64,000 nucleotides of DNA from an uncultured Clostridium sp. (GTDB lineage: Bacteria > Bacillota > Clostridia > TANB77 > CAG-508), in the NCBI GenBank assembly GCA_947575605.1, contig CANPNZ010000003.1:41665-105664 (forward strand), in the 5' to 3' direction. The position numbers and the translations under genes are program-made. Position 1 is the first letter of the stretch, and each line of letters begins with the position of its first letter. The notes under the pieces are model-generated. The model had not been told where the DNA came from. It worked only from the letters and a program-made list of their open reading frames with translations, and searched no databases. Below, piece by piece: positions 1 to 9,385 of the stretch.

Positions 1-144
1 TACTTCTCTATGGGTTATATTCTGATAGTTTCCTTCTTCTATTTTGATTTGATAGGCTATTCTATCAGCATATTTTTTTCCTGATTTTTTTAACATATCT
101 TTTAGGTCTGTTATTTTCATAGCCTCATATATTCTCTCACTCAT
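1..144 (-). CDS. AMP-binding enzyme / acyl-CoA ligase-like; only the N-terminal 48 codons are in the window (gene runs off the left edge)
   Basis: ATG at 144 with AAGGAG upstream. Translation is MSERIYEAMKITDLKDMLKKSGKKYADRIAYQIKIEEGNYQNITHREV, which resembles acyl-CoA ligase N-termini. The fragment is short. Confidence 0.4.
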   Translation of the reverse strand, partial: MSERIYEAMKITDLKDMLKKSGKKYADRIAYQIKIEEGNYQNITHREV

Positions 145-161
145 AGTTTTCTCCTTGTTTC

Positions 162-295
162 AAGTTTCGATTTTTTGTAAGTGCGGGTTGTAATATATAA
201 TTTTTTTACACTTTGTGTGTCGCACTCGTTTGGTCGCTTATGCAGTGTTGCAAAAATTATATATTACAACCCGCACTTACAAAAAATCGAAACTT
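162..295. repeat. Family-A palindromic MITE-like element, copy A1
   Basis: Terminal inverted repeats AAGTTTCGATTTTTTGTAAGTGCGGGTTGTAATATATAATTTTT / reverse complement. The core contains CTCGTTTGGTCGCTTA. Related copies at 55807-55989 and 62677-62750. Confidence 0.85.
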
Positions 296-490
296 AAATC
301 TCCTTGTCTATTATTTATGCTATATTTATATCATAAATTAGCAAAAAAACGATTAGACTGAAAGGTCAGTATAAATCGTTTCTTTCTAAAAAATCAATTT
401 GACATACAAACAAAAAGACATTAGAGGTAGTATTTTTAGTCATGTTGTTTTTTCTGTATCATACAATGTGATATGTGAGGTGCATGAAAA

Positions 491-1287
491 ATGAAATTTT
501 TATCCAATTGTTTCAAAGGAATTGCCATTGGGAGTGGAGCCATTTTACCTGGTATTAGTAGTGGGGTTTTTTGTGTGATTTTTGGAATTTATGAAAAACT
601 TTTAGATAGTATTTTAAATTTTTTCTCTGATATAAAAAATAATTTTAAATTTCTTTTTCCTATTATCTTAGGTACTGGTTTTGGTATTGTTTTGTTTGGT
701 AATATTTTAAACTACTGCTTGTATCAATTTCCCGTACAAACGAAATCAATTTTCATTGGACTTATTTTAGGAAGTATTCCTTCCTTATTAAAAGAAGTGA
801 GTAAAAAACAAACCTTTCAAATTTCTTACTGGTTTTTCTTTTTATTCACCCTTTTTATTGGGATTAGTTGTATTTTTTTAGAAAAAACATTAGCCATACA
901 AGCCCTTGAAACTGTCAATTTTCCTTATCTTGTTTTATGTGGTTTCTTCATGTCTGTTCGGAATTGTGGTACCAGGTGTTAGTAGTACAATTATTCTAAT
1001 GCTTTTAGGTGTTTATAGTGTTTATCTATCTTCTGTTTCTAGTTTATATTTTCCCGTTTTAATTCCCCTAGCTATGGGGGTAATTCTTGGTGGTTTTTGT
1101 TTTATGAAATTAACTAAGTTCTTACTAGAACGTTTTTATGCTCCGACTTTTTATGCCATTATTGGATTTACCGTTGGTTCTATTTTCGTTTTACTGCCAA
1201 CTTTCTCTTCTATTATTGATGTAGTAATAGGTACTTTATGTTGTTTTTTACGGTTTCATCCTTGCTTCTTTGCTTGAAAATTGCTAA
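491..1287 (+). pseudogene. DUF368-family membrane protein (polyprenyl-phosphate transporter family), broken by two +1 frame breaks at 959 and 1251
   Basis: ORFs 491-982 and 906-1277 each carry a PG(I/V)SS motif (ILPGISSGVF, VVPGVSSTII). Skipping C959 joins ...FFMSV to GIVVPGVSS. Skipping C1251 gives the C-terminus GFILASLLENC. Confidence 0.8.
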
Positions 1288-1603
1288 ATGGCAACTTTGC
1301 CACTGTGCCACTGGGGACGGACCTTTTTGGCAATTTTAAGATTAATAGAATAAAAATAGTAAAAAATAAAAAAGTTTTGCTTGAAAGTAATTGAATTAGA
1401 ACTTCTTAATTCATAATAGGGAAAGAGTTCATGCGTCGTGCATGGAAGGGTGCCATATTATGAATTTAGAAGTTCTATGATAATTAGCTTGAACAAAAAA
1501 CTTTTTTATTTTTTTCTATTTTATTATGAATAACAGAAACATTGCCAAAAAGGTCCGTCCCCAGTGGCAAAGTTGCCATTTAAACCCGGAACCAATGACA
1601 ACC
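1286..1603. repeat. Family-B nested long palindrome, copy B1 (core 1399-1477), with E- and F-type REP hairpins as outer layers
   Basis: The left arm (TGGCAACTTTGCCACTG...GGGGACGGACCTTTTTGGCAA...) is mirrored by the right arm (...TTGCCAAAAAGGTCCGTCCCCAGTGGCAAAGTTGCCA). The centre is GGAAAGAGTTCATGCGTCGTGCATGGAAGGGTGCCAT. Confidence 0.85.
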
Positions 1604-1612
1604 TGAAGGCTT

Positions 1613-2842
1613 TTATTTTTTTCTTCTAATGATCCAATCTTTTTGACATGGAATTGGCAATTTCATTTTTACTTTTTGTCCTTTTACACCTGGACTTACC
1701 TCTGTAATCTCTTGTTCCGTTTCCTCATTCCACAATTGATTAATTGTAAATACATAAGGTTCTATTTGATTTGGTACAATTATTTCTAACGTATCACCTA
1801 CTTGTAATTTATTTCTTATTTCTATGATTGATTTTCCCTCCGCATATTCTACTACTTTTCCACCAAATTCATAATTTTCATTGTATTGCCTTCCACTATA
1901 TTCTTGAATATCTTTATTCTTTCTATCATTAAAATAAAAGGTGGTTAATCCTCTTGTTTTTACTTTTTCTAATTCTTTTAAATATTTGCTAGCATTATAA
2001 TTTTTAGGATCTTTTTGATAATCGTCAATCGCATTTCGATAAGCATTGATTACGCTCGCTATGTAATATTCTGTTTTTAATCTTCCCTCTACTTTTAAAC
2101 TATCAATTCCCATTTCTATGATTTCTGGTAATTCTTTTATTAGACATAAATCTTTGGAAGAAAAAATACTGGTTCCATGTTCATCTGTTTCAATTGGCAT
2201 AAATTCTCCCGGATTATTTTTTTCTTCTGCATATAAATTATAAGACCAACGGCAACTTTGTACACAATCTCCTAAATTGGCACTTCTGCAAGATAAGAAA
2301 TCACTTAAAAAACATCTTCCAGAAAAAGCAAAACAGATGGCTCCATGTACAAATATTTCTACTTCTAGGTCTTTGTGTTTATTTTCCATGATATATTTTA
2401 ATTGTTCTTTGTTCATTTCTCTAGCCATAATTACTCTTTTGGCTCCATTGTTATACCAAAAGTTACAATCATGAAGACTTATAATATTGGCTTGTGTACT
2501 GATATTAATGGGTACAGATGGTGCCTGTTTTTTTAAGGCTTCTATAACTCCTACATCGGCTGCAATGATTCCGTCTGGTTTTAGTTCTTCTAGTTTTTTT
2601 GCCATTTCTTCTATTTCTTGATATTTGTCATCCCATGCGAAAATATTTAAGGTTACATATACTTTCTTCCCTATGCTATGGGCATATTTTATGGTTTTTT
2701 CTAAGTCATCGTTTTTCATGTCTGCTCGTGCTCTTAATGATAAGGATGATGTCCCACAGTATACAGCATCTGCTCCATAAAGATACGCTATTTTGGCTTT
2801 TTCAAATGATCCCGCTGGGGCTAGTAGTTCGATTAATTTCAT
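1613..2842 (-). CDS. Peptidase U32 family protein (YrrO/TrhP-like)
   Basis: MKLIELLAPAGSFEKAKIAYLYGADAVYCG and EIFVHGAICFAFSGRCFLS motifs. AAAGGAG lies 8 nt before the ATG at 2842; the longer ORF start at 2893 lacks an RBS. Confidence 0.85.
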   Translation of the reverse strand: MKLIELLAPAGSFEKAKIAYLYGADAVYCGTSSLSLRARADMKNDDLEKTIKYAHSIGKKVYVTLNIFAWDDKYQEIEEMAKKLEELKPDGIIAADVGVIEALKKQAPSVPINISTQANIISLHDCNFWYNNGAKRVIMAREMNKEQLKYIMENKHKDLEVEIFVHGAICFAFSGRCFLSDFLSCRSANLGDCVQSCRWSYNLYAEEKNNPGEFMPIETDEHGTSIFSSKDLCLIKELPEIIEMGIDSLKVEGRLKTEYYIASVINAYRNAIDDYQKDPKNYNASKYLKELEKVKTRGLTTFYFNDRKNKDIQEYSGRQYNENYEFGGKVVEYAEGKSIIEIRNKLQVGDTLEIIVPNQIEPYVFTINQLWNEETEQEITEVSPGVKGQKVKMKLPIPCQKDWIIRRKK

Positions 2843-2979
2843 GTTCATTTCTCCTTTTGAATTTATTATATATTTAGTTTTTCCTATTGTCAAATTAATA
2901 TTATGTTTATAAATTGTACTTTTTTCTCTTTTTGTGTTATAATTATTTTAATATAATATGTAAGAAAGGATTTTTAATT

Positions 2980-3897
2980 ATGAGGAAAAAAACCAAAATA
3001 TTACTACATCGGTCTTATGTAACTGCCGTAGAAGAATCAAGCAATATTTTAGAGATTATTGAAAATTTATACAATTTATTGCATGAATCTTCTGGTATTC
3101 CTAGCGAAGATATGGGAGATTTCGAGAATTTCTTGAGAGGTCTTTATACCTCTAAAATGATTCGACGTCAAACCTTCCAATTGACTAATCTTACAACAGA
3201 TATGGTATCAGTCATTATGTATATTATTGTTTGGTTAAACTCTACCAAACAAATGCATTTACAAGCTGATATAACAGGTCGGCGGAAAGCCTTAGAAACA
3301 GAATTGGGGAAATTATGGGAAAAACCTTTTCTTCATGATAGATTCGGAATACGTACTATCATTTCCACACCAGGTACTACTGAGGAAAATAATGCCATAA
3401 TTATTGAAGTATCTTCTTATATTATTGGCATATTAACCCGGAAACATAGGAAGATGTATAATGAATTTCTATCTTGGATTCATACTGTTAATATTGATAA
3501 GCTTTCCATTTTCAAGATTGAATATATTTTAAATCTTCCTTTAACATCTGACCCAGATTTATATAAAGATTATGTCAGTAATCCTAAAGATTCCACTTAC
3601 CAATCTTTACACTTTGTTTTAGATTTAGAATCTTTTTCTCCTATTCTTCCTGGATCTGAATTTGAACTTCAATTCCGGACTCATGCTATGCATGATAACG
3701 CTGAAAAAGGTCCTGCCTCTGAATACAGTAAAAAACGTCGTCCAGAAACACAAGGAATTTTTTGTGTTGACGATTTTTCTCAAATTCATATTGATGGTTT
3801 TACCAGTTATGATTCAAAAGAGCATGATACAGATGGAATCCACTTTCCCAAGCAATTTATTGCTCGAAAAGTAAGTCCAACACTGGTCTATCTGTAA
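2980..3897 (+). CDS. RelA/SpoT-domain (RSH, small alarmone synthetase-like) nucleotidyltransferase
   Basis: DRFGIRTII, DYVSNPKDSTYQSLHFVL and ELQFRTHAMHDNAEKG match synthetase-domain motifs. The ATG at 2980 follows AAAGGA. It is one of only three plus-strand genes and carries five in-frame CGG codons. Confidence 0.7.
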   Translation: MRKKTKILLHRSYVTAVEESSNILEIIENLYNLLHESSGIPSEDMGDFENFLRGLYTSKMIRRQTFQLTNLTTDMVSVIMYIIVWLNSTKQMHLQADITGRRKALETELGKLWEKPFLHDRFGIRTIISTPGTTEENNAIIIEVSSYIIGILTRKHRKMYNEFLSWIHTVNIDKLSIFKIEYILNLPLTSDPDLYKDYVSNPKDSTYQSLHFVLDLESFSPILPGSEFELQFRTHAMHDNAEKGPASEYSKKRRPETQGIFCVDDFSQIHIDGFTSYDSKEHDTDGIHFPKQFIARKVSPTLVYL

Positions 3898-3930
3898 AAT
3901 TGGACCATTGTTCACCCATTAAAAAACTTT

Positions 3931-3964
3931 ACTCACCCAGAAGTTCTTTCTGGGTGAGTTTTTC
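3931..3964 (+). terminator. Rho-independent terminator (bidirectional shape)
   Basis: ACTCACCCAGAA-gttctt-TCTGGGTGAGT followed by TTTTT, with an A-run on the other side. Confidence 0.75.
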
Positions 3965-3969
3965 ATATA

Positions 3970-4557
3970 TTATTTAATTCTACTAACAGCCAAACCATCT
4001 CCCACCTCTAAAATCTCAGTTTCCAAATATGGACTTTCGCTCACTTCCTTAATATACTCTCGTAAATTTCTAACAGCTGTACGTTGTTTATGTTTATTAT
4101 AATCACTTAGCACATATCCTTTATATAAAATATTATCCGCAAAAATAATACCATTTGGTGCAATGAGCCTTAAAGCTTCTTTCAAGAAAAAAGGATATTT
4201 TCCTTTGGCTGCATCAATAAAAACAGCATCATATTTTTCATTTAAAGTTGGTAGAATTTCAACCGCATCCCCTTCATAAATATTAATTCTGTTCTCCACT
4301 CCAACTTTTTTGATATTTTCCCTTGCTTCTTTTACTCGTTCTTCTTCTCTTTCTATCGTATCTATCTTTCCATTTTCACACAAAAAATTCGTGAAACACA
4401 TAGCAGAATATCCCACTGCTGTTCCTATCTCTAACATTCTTTCTGGCTTCATTTTAATTAAATATTTTTCCATTATTGCTAAGGTATCATCCATAATAAT
4501 TGGTATATGTTCTTCTAACGCTTTTTGTTTTATTTTTTCTAATTCCTCTTGGTTCAT
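3970..4557 (-). CDS. Class I SAM-dependent O-methyltransferase (YrrM/TrmR-like)
   Basis: LEIGTAVGYSA SAM-binding motif and DAVFIDAAK. It neighbours a U32 peptidase, as in the Bacillus yrrMNO arrangement. Confidence 0.8.
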   Translation of the reverse strand: MNQEELEKIKQKALEEHIPIIMDDTLAIMEKYLIKMKPERMLEIGTAVGYSAMCFTNFLCENGKIDTIEREEERVKEARENIKKVGVENRINIYEGDAVEILPTLNEKYDAVFIDAAKGKYPFFLKEALRLIAPNGIIFADNILYKGYVLSDYNKHKQRTAVRNLREYIKEVSESPYLETEILEVGDGLAVSRIK

Positions 4558-4580
4558 TTTTCCTCCCCAATTTTTCTAAA

Positions 4581-4613
4581 GGTTGCCAAGAGGGACGGAC
4601 CTTTTTGGCAACC
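4581..4613. repeat. Family-E REP-like hairpin
   Basis: GGTTGCCAA-GAGGGACGGACCTTT-TTGGCAACC. The same GGGACGGACCTTTTTGGCAA motif occurs at 1314, 1542 (rc) and 27714 (rc). Confidence 0.8.
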
Positions 4614-4620
4614 TTTTCTA

Positions 4621-4902
4621 TTATCTTTCTTTTTCAAGACTACTTTGTCGTTCTCTGTATATTCTATTGCTCCAAGTTAAAATACATTTTCTAATATCTA
4701 ATCCATTCTTCGTTAAATAATTAAACTGTTCTAAAACTTCCTTGTCTTGCATAATTAAATCTGCTGCTTCTTCTTGAGTGATACCTTTTTTCCTATATTC
4801 CGCTATTCTTTCCACAACTCTTTTTCTATTTTGGGTATCTGTATCTGTATTTGGATTTGCTCTTTCTTTTTGTCTCTTTCTGTCACTTTCTATTTCATCC
4901 AT
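4621..4902 (-). CDS. Hypothetical basic protein (93 aa as an ORF; may start at 4949 if the A9 tract is read through)
   Basis: Open frame only. There is no RBS before 4902, but GGAGG precedes an ATG at 4949 that is out of frame by one base across A9 (4932-4940). Confidence 0.4.
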   Translation of the reverse strand: MDEIESDRKRQKERANPNTDTDTQNRKRVVERIAEYRKKGITQEEAADLIMQDKEVLEQFNYLTKNGLDIRKCILTWSNRIYRERQSSLEKER

Positions 4903-4961
4903 TATTATTCTAGCTATTATTGCTCTTTTATTTTTTTTTGTCTATCCATCAATTAATCCTC

Positions 4962-6776
4962 CTATTTATTTCTATTGGCTCTTTCTCTTTCTTTGCTGTC
5001 CAATATTTTTTTTCTTAAACGAATGGACTCTGGTGTAACCTCTACTAGCTCATCATCTTGAATAAACTCAATTGCCTTTTCCAAAGACATTTGAATAGGC
5101 GGTACTAAACGAAGTGCCTCATCTGATCCAGAAGCTCTTGTATTTGTCAAATGTTTTTCCTTACATACATTGATTGCCAAATCTTCTCCTCTCGAATTAA
5201 GACCTACAATCATTCCTTCGTATACTTCAACACCTGGTCCAATGAATAGCTCACCTTTATCTTGTGCATTGTATAATCCATAAGTAACCGATTTACCATT
5301 TTCAAAAGCAACAATGGTTCCTCTTACTCTGGCTTGAATCTCTCCCTTGAATGGCTCATAAGAATCAAAAATATGATTCATGGTTCCTTCTCCTTTAGTA
5401 TCGGTTAAGAACTCTGTACGATAACCAATTAGGCCTCTTGCTGGTATTTTAAATTCAATCTTCGTATGCCCTGCTTCCGCTGGTTCCATATTAACCATTT
5501 CTGCTTTTCTTCTTCCCAATTTTTCGATTACATTTCCCACGCAATCATCTGGAACATTTACTACTAAGCTTTCGATTGGTTCTGATTTTACACCATCCAT
5601 TTCTTTGATGATAACTTTTGGTCTGGATACTAAAAGTTCAAAGCCTTCTCTTCTCATGGTTTCAATTAAAACGGATAGATGCAATTCTCCTCTTCCTGAT
5701 ACCTCAAAAGAATCTGGTGACTCGGTCTCTTTTACTCGCAACGATACATTTCTTTCTAATTCTTTAAATAATCGATCTCTAATATGTCTTGATGTAATAA
5801 ATTGACCTTCTTTTCCTGCAAATGGTCCATTATTTACACTAAAAGTCATAGAAACCGTTGGTTCATCAATATCCACAAATGGTATTTTCTCTGGATGGTT
5901 AAAATCACAAATGGTATCTCCTATGTTGATATCTGGAAGTCCTGCCAATTCTATAATATCGCCCGCTTTTCCTTCTTCTACTTCTACTTTGTTTAATCCA
6001 ACATGAGTATAAACTTTCGCAATTCTACCTTGTGTAACTTTATCTTCTTTTCCACAAATAGAAACAGGCATACCATTTTTAATGACTCCTCTTTCAATTC
6101 TACCAACTGCAATTCTTCCTACATAATCATCATAATCAATGTTAGATACTAGCATTTGAGCTGGTCCTTCTTCATCACAATCAGGAGCTTGAATCGTATT
6201 TATCATAGTTTCAAATAAGCAATTTAAATCTTCTGTTTCATCGTTTAAATCCATTTTGGCAATTCCATTTTTAGCGGAAGCATACACAACTGGAAAATCT
6301 AATTGTTCATCACTAGCATCTAATTCTATGAATAATTCTATTACTTGATCCACTACTTTTTCTGGCGTTGCTCCTGGTCTATCAATTTTGTTGATAACAA
6401 CAATTGGTTTTAATCCTAATGCTAAGGATTTTTTCAAAACTTCTCTTGTTTGAGGCATAGCTCCTTCAAAGGCATCTACTAATAATAAAACGCCATCTAC
6501 GGTTTTTAAAACTCTTTCTACTTCTCCTCCAAAATCGGCATGGCCTGGCGTATCTACAATATTAATTTTGACATCACCATGCATAACCGATGTATTTTTG
6601 GAAAGTATCGTAATTCCTCTTTCTTTTTCTTGATCATTGGAATCCATGATTCTTTCTTGCACTTGTTCATTTTCTCTAAAGATATGGCTTTGTCTTAATA
6701 AGGCATCTACCAATGTGGTTTTTCCATGATCTACGTGTGCAATGATTGCAATATTTCTAATATTTTGATTGTTCAT
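4962..6776 (-). CDS. typA: Translational GTPase TypA/BipA
   Basis: [23 protein letters not shown]1 motif, [13 protein letters not shown]; length 604 aa. Confidence 0.95.
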   Translation of the reverse strand: MNNQNIRNIAIIAHVDHGKTTLVDALLRQSHIFRENEQVQERIMDSNDQEKERGITILSKNTSVMHGDVKINIVDTPGHADFGGEVERVLKTVDGVLLLVDAFEGAMPQTREVLKKSLALGLKPIVVINKIDRPGATPEKVVDQVIELFIELDASDEQLDFPVVYASAKNGIAKMDLNDETEDLNCLFETMINTIQAPDCDEEGPAQMLVSNIDYDDYVGRIAVGRIERGVIKNGMPVSICGKEDKVTQGRIAKVYTHVGLNKVEVEEGKAGDIIELAGLPDINIGDTICDFNHPEKIPFVDIDEPTVSMTFSVNNGPFAGKEGQFITSRHIRDRLFKELERNVSLRVKETESPDSFEVSGRGELHLSVLIETMRREGFELLVSRPKVIIKEMDGVKSEPIESLVVNVPDDCVGNVIEKLGRRKAEMVNMEPAEAGHTKIEFKIPARGLIGYRTEFLTDTKGEGTMNHIFDSYEPFKGEIQARVRGTIVAFENGKSVTYGLYNAQDKGELFIGPGVEVYEGMIVGLNSRGEDLAINVCKEKHLTNTRASGSDEALRLVPPIQMSLEKAIEFIQDDELVEVTPESIRLRKKILDSKERERANRNK

Positions 6777-6815
6777 TTTTTATTACTCCTTCATCCTTTT
6801 ATGTTTACAAATTTT

Positions 6816-6870
6816 AAGGACTGTCCCCCAGTCCTCTTTTAGGGATTTTAAGGAACATCCCTCAATCCCT
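6816..6870. repeat. Two adjacent REP-like hairpins (family C)
   Basis: AGGACTG-TCCCC-CAGTCCT, then AGGGATTTTAAGGAACATCCCTCAATCCCT. The second recurs as GGGATTAAGGAACATCCCCTAATCCC at 35165-35190. Confidence 0.7.
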
Positions 6871-6933
6871 GTTTCTCTTAAAAACATATAAAATTATACA
6901 TCTTTTGGGTGATTTTGTCAAATAGCTTTCTTT

Positions 6934-7539
6934 TTAACTTTCGGTTTTTGCTAATTCTATAATATTTCCCATAATTTCCTCTGTTATCTTATCTAAAACC
7001 TCTTTATCTTTACTTCCCTTGTATTGGCTATAATCTAAAGGTTTCCCATAGGTAATCGTAACCTTTCGATTTTCCTTCGTTCCTCCTTTAATGCCACATG
7101 GCACTACTTTTGCTCCACTTCTTACGGCAAAAAATGCTACGCCATCTTTCACTTTTTCCCCTTTTTCTAGTCCGTTTCTTGTCCCTTCTGGAAATAGTCC
7201 TATACATTGTCCATTTTTTAAGGCTTTTAGTGATTCTTTGATCGCTGTTACATCTTTTTCATCTCTTTTTACATGAATTGCCTCAAATGCCCAACCCAAA
7301 AAATTCAAAAATGGATTTTTAGCTAATTCATCTTTTGCTAAAAAACGCATATCTCTTTTAGCTGTACATACTATCAATGGTGGATCTAAATAACTTCTAT
7401 GATTTCCACAAAATATGGCGGCGCCTTCTTTAGGTATATTTTCTAATCCTATAATTTCTGCCCTGTAATAAACTTTACACCACAAATAGATAGCACCTCT
7501 TACGATCCATTTTATTATATTTTTTATGATTTGCTTCAC
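6934..7539 (-). CDS. plsC: 1-acyl-sn-glycerol-3-phosphate acyltransferase
   Basis: GNHRSYLDP (HX4D) and FPEGTR motifs. Confidence 0.85.
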   Translation of the reverse strand: MKQIIKNIIKWIVRGAIYLWCKVYYRAEIIGLENIPKEGAAIFCGNHRSYLDPPLIVCTAKRDMRFLAKDELAKNPFLNFLGWAFEAIHVKRDEKDVTAIKESLKALKNGQCIGLFPEGTRNGLEKGEKVKDGVAFFAVRSGAKVVPCGIKGGTKENRKVTITYGKPLDYSQYKGSKDKEVLDKITEEIMGNIIELAKTES

Positions 7540-7583
7540 TTTACCCGTCCTTTCTTTTATAGGACTGAATTTTTTAGTTCTTC

Positions 7584-8264
7584 CTATAAACTTTGTGTTT
7601 TCTCCTCTTGCTTTTGTTTGATTATCTTAACAATCTCTTTTGTTACTTCCGCAACTGACATATTAGTCGACTCCATATAAATAGCATCTTCCGCCTTTTT
7701 CAAGGGAGCTATTTCTCTTGTCGCATCTCTTTTATCTCTCTCTATTATATTCTGTAATACTTCTTCATAAGAACCACCTTTTATTCCCTTTTCTTCATTT
7801 TGTTTCACTCTTCTTCTGGCTCTTTCTTCTGGTGAAGCATCTAAATAGATTTTGATATCTGCATTGGGAAATACAACGGTTCCAATATCCCTTCCTTCCA
7901 TAATAACTTTTTTGCCTTGTGCTATCTTTCTTTGTAAATCTAGTAATTTTTTTCTTACGATTGGGATAACAGAAACAGGAGAAACCATACGATTCACTTC
8001 TTCTTCTCTTATCTTTTGTGTTACATTTTCCCCATCTAAGAAAATCTCTCCCTCTTCTTTCATGTCAATTTTTATGGTGTCCAACATTTTTTTTATGCTG
8101 TTCTCATCTTCTATTTCAATGTTTTCTTGTAATATCTTTAAGGTAACACATCGAAACATAGCTCCTGTATCAATATTGATTAATCCTAGTTTTTCTCCTA
8201 CTTGTTTCGTTATGGTTCCTTTTCCAGCTCCTGCTGGTCCATCGATGGCAACAATAAATGACAT
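7584..8264 (-). CDS. cmk: Cytidylate kinase
   Basis: IAIDGPAGAGKGT P-loop; typical length of 226 aa. Confidence 0.9.
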   Translation of the reverse strand: MSFIVAIDGPAGAGKGTITKQVGEKLGLINIDTGAMFRCVTLKILQENIEIEDENSIKKMLDTIKIDMKEEGEIFLDGENVTQKIREEEVNRMVSPVSVIPIVRKKLLDLQRKIAQGKKVIMEGRDIGTVVFPNADIKIYLDASPEERARRRVKQNEEKGIKGGSYEEVLQNIIERDKRDATREIAPLKKAEDAIYMESTNMSVAEVTKEIVKIIKQKQEEKTQSL

Positions 8265-8297
8265 TTTATCCTCCTAAATTTTGTTACATTTTATTTT

Positions 8298-9170
8298 CTA
8301 ATCTTCTTTTTCTGGTACATAGATATTTTTTGCTACTACCTCTAGTTCAACTACATTCATAGCCGTTAACTTTTCGATTTCTTTTTTGGCTCTTTCTTTA
8401 AACTCTTTCAATCCATCCATCACATTATAACCATACAAAATAGTAACTTCCATATAAATTTTAGCACCATCTCCATAGTTTTCAACCCTTGTTTTTAATA
8501 TCTTATAAATGGATGGTGTTTGTATGGCTAAATATTCTACAATTTGTCGAAATACTAAATCTGAAATGGTAAATCTCCCCATATAACTGAAGGTAGGTCT
8601 TATGATGGATTTTTCTGATATGTACGGTTTTTGTCCCTTTCCTTTTGATTTAAAGATTTGAAGAGGATCTAATAAATATCCTGAAAAATCTTTTTTGATT
8701 TCAAAGGTTGGTACTGGTATAACGTGTTTCCCTTCTGTTACTCTTATTCTTCTTGCTGTTTTCATTTCCGCTTCTGTCGCTACCTCTGTAATATACGTTG
8801 TTTCTGAAATTTCTGGTAAGCCTAAATTAGCGGCAATCTTTTGCACCATCCCATCGGATGTACCTAATATTAAGATACTTTCTGGCTTATATTTTTTTAA
8901 AGCTTTTATAATTTCTGCCTTTTCCTCTTCTTCATAAAAAAGGGCGTGCTTAACAGTCGCTACTTTTGTAGATGCTTTTTTGGCTGATTCGCCTGCTACT
9001 ACTTGATTGTCTTTGATTAATAATCCATCATCTATAATAAAATGGGTGTCTTTTTCTCCTGCTACCATTTGTGCTCGATAGCTTTTCCCCGTTCCTGATG
9101 GTCCTACAAAAGCATATACTTTTATTTTATTGGCAAATGGTAAAATCTCTTTTATATCTTTTAATATCAT
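8298..9170 (-). CDS. P-loop NTPase fused to an Asp23/Gls24-like C-terminal domain; function unknown
   Basis: GPSGTGKS Walker A near the N-terminus. The C-terminal 90 aa (FTISDLVFRQIVEYLA...ELEVVAKNIYV) resemble alkaline-shock Asp23-family proteins. Confidence 0.6.
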   Translation of the reverse strand: MILKDIKEILPFANKIKVYAFVGPSGTGKSYRAQMVAGEKDTHFIIDDGLLIKDNQVVAGESAKKASTKVATVKHALFYEEEEKAEIIKALKKYKPESILILGTSDGMVQKIAANLGLPEISETTYITEVATEAEMKTARRIRVTEGKHVIPVPTFEIKKDFSGYLLDPLQIFKSKGKGQKPYISEKSIIRPTFSYMGRFTISDLVFRQIVEYLAIQTPSIYKILKTRVENYGDGAKIYMEVTILYGYNVMDGLKEFKERAKKEIEKLTAMNVVELEVVAKNIYVPEKED

Positions 9171-9385
9171 GTTTTCTCCTTTTGATTCTTTTTGACAAAT
9201 TTTATATCATTATTATAAACCATCTCATCTGTTTATTCTCATTTTCTATCCTTCTTAGTGTATAACATTTTTTCCAAAAAAACAAGCGAACACTAGATTC
9301 AAATTTCGATTTCGTAACTGTTCCAACCTATTGTTTTTCTTAATAAAAGTTTATGTATTTTTTATTTGGAACTACTACGAAAACA

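Noticed and set aside
346-381. A two-tier hairpin (AAACGATT..GAC-TGAAAG-GTC..AATCGTTT) with a T-run on the minus strand, considered as a riboswitch or small RNA.
   Set aside because: It looks like a plain terminator or insulator. No conserved riboswitch core was recognised and there is no upstream minus-strand gene in the window to assign it to.
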